Source of the DNA: a virus
Lineage: Duplodnaviria; Heunggongvirae; Uroviricota; Caudoviricetes
Direction: 5' to 3' (one strand)
DNA: 10,963 bases
IMG/VR virus record: IMGVR_UViG_2617270976_000014
Location: 1 to 10,963 of that record
Positions 8,976-10,963 of the stretch are shown here, one piece after another; the first letter of the stretch is position 1; each line of letters opens with the position of its first letter. A program made the translations under genes and the position numbers. The notes beneath the pieces were generated by a model. It searched no databases and was not told the origin of the DNA. It saw only the letters and a program-made list of their open reading frames with translations.

Positions 8976-9067
8976 TTACGCGGGTTAACAATTCGTGCTC
9001 TTAATAATACCAGGCATATCAGGCTAATGAACGTAAAAAAACGTTTTACATCAGTAAGATTATTATA

Positions 9068-9087
9068 TACTGTAAATATAAACAGTG
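9068..9087 (+). promoter_or_regulatory. LexA (SOS) box TACTGTAAATATAAACAGTG
   Basis: CTGT-N8-ACAG with an AT-rich spacer, close to the consensus TACTGTATATATATACAGTA; lies 41 nt upstream of the ATG at 9129 and overlaps plausible -10 hexamers. Confidence 0.6.
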
Positions 9088-9128
9088 GTTATGCATACAG
9101 TATTGCTTGTGGTGTCATAGGAGGAAAG

Positions 9129-9317
9129 ATGCAGGACTATTTTTTGGAGTCTTTGAAGCTCCAGCGCATTGATTTTTTTCTTAAGCTTGTAGCGGCTAGT
9201 GAGTGTAGTGATGAAGAGAAGGGGCTGGCTTTGCAGTGGGTTTCTGAACTGACAGATGAACTCATGGCAAAAATCAGAACCCACGAATACAACCGCTCAA
9301 TGGATGTCATCAGCTGA
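9129..9317 (+). CDS. Small SOS-controlled protein (62 aa), possible Tum-like antirepressor
   Basis: Strong RBS AGGAGG before the ATG at 9129; LexA box just upstream; the position after A and next to a DinI-like gene mirrors 186 tum. No sequence match to Tum could be verified by eye. Confidence 0.4.
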   Translation: MQDYFLESLKLQRIDFFLKLVAASECSDEEKGLALQWVSELTDELMAKIRTHEYNRSMDVIS

Positions 9318-9327
9318 GGTGACCTTT

Positions 9328-9561
9328 ATGCGCATTGAAATAATGATCGATAAAGAGCAGAAGATTAGCCAGTCTACCCTGGACGCCCTTGAATCCGAGC
9401 TTTACCGCAATCTGCGCCCCCTGTATCCCAAAACGGTAATTCGCATCCGCAAAGGTAGCTCTAACGGTGTGGAACTGACCGGACTGCAACTGGACGAAGA
9501 AAGAAAACAAGTGATGAAGATTATGCAGAAGGTGTGGGAAGACGACAGCTGGCTGCATTAA
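9328..9561 (+). CDS. dinI: DinI-family protein (77 aa)
   Basis: MRIEIMIDKEQ...DALESEL...IMQKVWEDDSWL aligns by eye with E. coli DinI (MRIEV...DALAGEL...ILQETWESADDW); RBS GAGGTGA upstream. Confidence 0.75.
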   Translation: MRIEIMIDKEQKISQSTLDALESELYRNLRPLYPKTVIRIRKGSSNGVELTGLQLDEERKQVMKIMQKVWEDDSWLH

Positions 9562-9720
9562 GAAAAGTTGCTGGCGTCTGAACTTGGTTCTGGCGTCAGC
9601 AAGGTTGAACAACGAGTACAGTGAGGCGTTAGGTGTGGCGTTTATTTGATGAGTGAACGCCCGTTCTGCGACAGGTTCGGAGATTAAGGTTGAAACTACG
9701 GGCAAAATACCATCTTTTTC

Positions 9721-10146
9721 CTACTTAATTGAGTCCAGTAACAAGTTACAGTTACTCTCATTGTAGAGAGAACGAGCAATTAGTGTTACCTGCTTTCCAT
9801 TCATTCCCGGCTTATCCCATAACACAGCTTCTTGCGACGCCACAAATTCAGCATAATCAATTATGCGTTGTTCGTGATCTGGTTCCTCATAGCCAAAGTA
9901 TGAGAGCGCATCGTTGTAAGCGTGGTAAGCTGCTTTCTGTAATATCTTGATATCGGCTGTAGGTACTTGCTCCGTGTAGCTAGGATCTAATTGTGTGCTA
10001 CTGCCATAGAATGCACATGAAAGGTAAGATATTGATTTCTGTTGAGCTTTAGTTCCTTTCTCATAGTTTTTAGCTGTTACCGCCTGAACAGGGACGCTAA
10101 CAAAGCTTGCAACCAGAATTAAAATTAATACGTAAAAGCTTTTCAT
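9721..10146 (-). CDS. Secreted or periplasmic protein of unknown function (141 aa), likely prophage cargo gene
   Basis: N-terminal signal peptide (MKSFYVLILILVASFVSVPVQA, AxA-type cleavage site, no lipobox Cys); GAGG RBS 7 nt upstream; two Cys in the mature part; about 40% GC; opposite strand to the phage operon, between dinI and the cos-like motif. Confidence 0.6.
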   Translation of the reverse strand: MKSFYVLILILVASFVSVPVQAVTAKNYEKGTKAQQKSISYLSCAFYGSSTQLDPSYTEQVPTADIKILQKAAYHAYNDALSYFGYEEPDHEQRIIDYAEFVASQEAVLWDKPGMNGKQVTLIARSLYNESNCNLLLDSIK

Positions 10147-10419
10147 TTTGACCTCAGCCGAAACGTTAGAGAGACTATCGAAATTTGTAAAACCCGTGGC
10201 GATTCAGTTTGAGATCCTCCCCCTTACATGATTTTTAATCAAATATATGCTTTTGTAAGCATACCTGTTAACCGAATTATTTATTTTTAGAGATCTTCCG
10301 ACATACTGATTATGCCCGCTGAGGAGTTCACCTTGCGTAAAGTCCGATTCGCTTTACTCGTCTGTGCATGTCTATGCTGCATGAGATTGCATGATCGTTT
10401 GAGGATCGTTTTTGCTAAG

Positions 10420-10446
10420 GCCCGCCAGAACTGGCGGGCTTTTGCG
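10420..10446 (+). terminator. Rho-independent terminator (GCCCGCCAG-AA-CTGGCGGGC followed by TTTTGCG)
   Basis: GC-rich inverted repeat (8-9 bp stem) immediately followed by a T-run on the plus strand. Confidence 0.6.
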
Positions 10447-10488
10447 TAGATCATGCTCCTGCATGAAAACCACTACATAAAGCGGGCA

Positions 10489-10507
10489 GGCGTGGCGGGG
10501 ATACGAG
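10489..10507. other. Candidate cos site of a P2/186-family phage (GGCGTGGCGGGGATACGAG)
   Basis: The first 13 nt match the P2/186 cohesive-end sequence as I recall it (GGCGTGGCGGGGAAAGCAT for 186); position after the A-tum-dinI region is where cos is expected in an integrated prophage. Recalled from memory, not verified. Confidence 0.4.
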
Positions 10508-10632
10508 CGCGCGCTCATGGTTGAATTAATGAAATTATGGTGTTAAATAGGCTAGCTTTTTAAGTCGTGAATATTCAATTTTTCAACTCATTTTTTTCAT
10601 AGGGAGGAGTAATTGACATGGTTATGTTAGTG

Positions 10633-10963
10633 GGTGATGCTGCCAACTTACTGATTTAGTGTATGATGGTGTTTTTGAGGTGCTCCAGTGGCTTCTGTTT
10701 CTATCAGCTGTCCCTCCTGTTCAGCTACTGACGGGGTGGTGCGTAACGGCAAAAGCACCGCCGGACATCAGCGCTATCTCTGCTCTCACTGCCGTAAAAC
10801 ATGGCAACTGCAGTTCACTTACACCGCTTCTCAACCCGGTACGCACCAGAAAATCATTGATATGGCCATGAATGGCGTTGGATGCCGGGCAACAGCCCGC
10901 ATTATGGGCGTTGGCCTCAACACGATTTTACGTCACTTAAAAAACTCAGGCCGCAGTCGGTAA
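10633..10963 (+). mobile_element. IS1 insertion sequence, left end (IRL GGTGATGCTGCCAACTTACTGAT) continuing beyond the window
   Basis: Canonical IS1 left inverted repeat at 10633-10655 followed by insA; the window ends at the insA stop, so insB and the IRR are not visible. Confidence 0.9.
10688..10963 (+). CDS. insA: IS1 transposition regulator InsA (91 aa)
   Basis: GTG start; translation [40 protein letters not shown]... matches IS1 InsA as I recall it. Confidence 0.95.

Noticed and set aside
9027-9128. Upstream extension of the 62-aa ORF to 9027
   Set aside because: The extension would translate through the LexA box and promoter; the ATG at 9129 has a near-perfect AGGAGG RBS, so the shorter start is preferred.
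9590-9660. Possible hairpins between dinI and the 3' end of the secreted-protein gene (TTGCTG...CAGCAA, GGCGTT...AACGCC)
   Set aside because: Short 6-bp stems with long or mismatched interiors and no adjacent U-tract; not convincing as terminators.
9256-9705. ORF-track DinI start at 9256 and minus-strand ORF 9310-9705
   Set aside because: DinI homology begins at MRIE (ATG 9328) with its own RBS; the minus-strand ORF is antisense to dinI with no signals.
9729-9950. Plus-strand ORF antisense to the secreted-protein gene
   Set aside because: The minus-strand gene has an RBS and a signal peptide; the plus-strand frame has neither.
10659-10871. Alternative-frame ORF overlapping insA inside IS1
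   Set aside because: insA in its canonical frame explains this region; the overlapping frame is not insB, which starts further downstream.
1-10963. CRISPR arrays, tRNA or rRNA genes
   Set aside because: No regularly spaced direct repeats and no tRNA-like GC-rich cloverleaf segments were seen, including next to the integrase where a tRNA attachment site might be expected.

Overview
The window reads as three compositionally distinct parts. (1) 1-2114 is very AT-rich and carries one long gene (1-1734, +) for a fusion of a P-loop kinase-like N-terminal domain and a zinc cytidine/dCMP-deaminase C-terminal domain; this is the architecture of the AvcD/DcdV-type dCTP-deaminase antiphage proteins, and it is the most interesting feature here. 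(2) 2115-9561 is the left arm of a 186/P2-family temperate prophage at about 50% GC: integrase and CI repressor on the minus strand, a face-to-face switch region, then a plus-strand early operon (Apl/Cox-like, CII-like, three small unknown ORFs, a TraR/DksA-like zinc finger, a Dam-family methyltransferase, the HUH replication initiator A), followed by a LexA-box-controlled small gene and a DinI-like gene. (3) 9562-10963 holds an AT-rich minus-strand gene for a small secreted protein, a plus-strand intrinsic terminator, a cos-like motif, and the left end of IS1 (IRL plus a complete insA) running off the window edge. No tRNA, rRNA or CRISPR array was found. All functional calls rest on motifs read by eye and recalled family knowledge; no database search was run.
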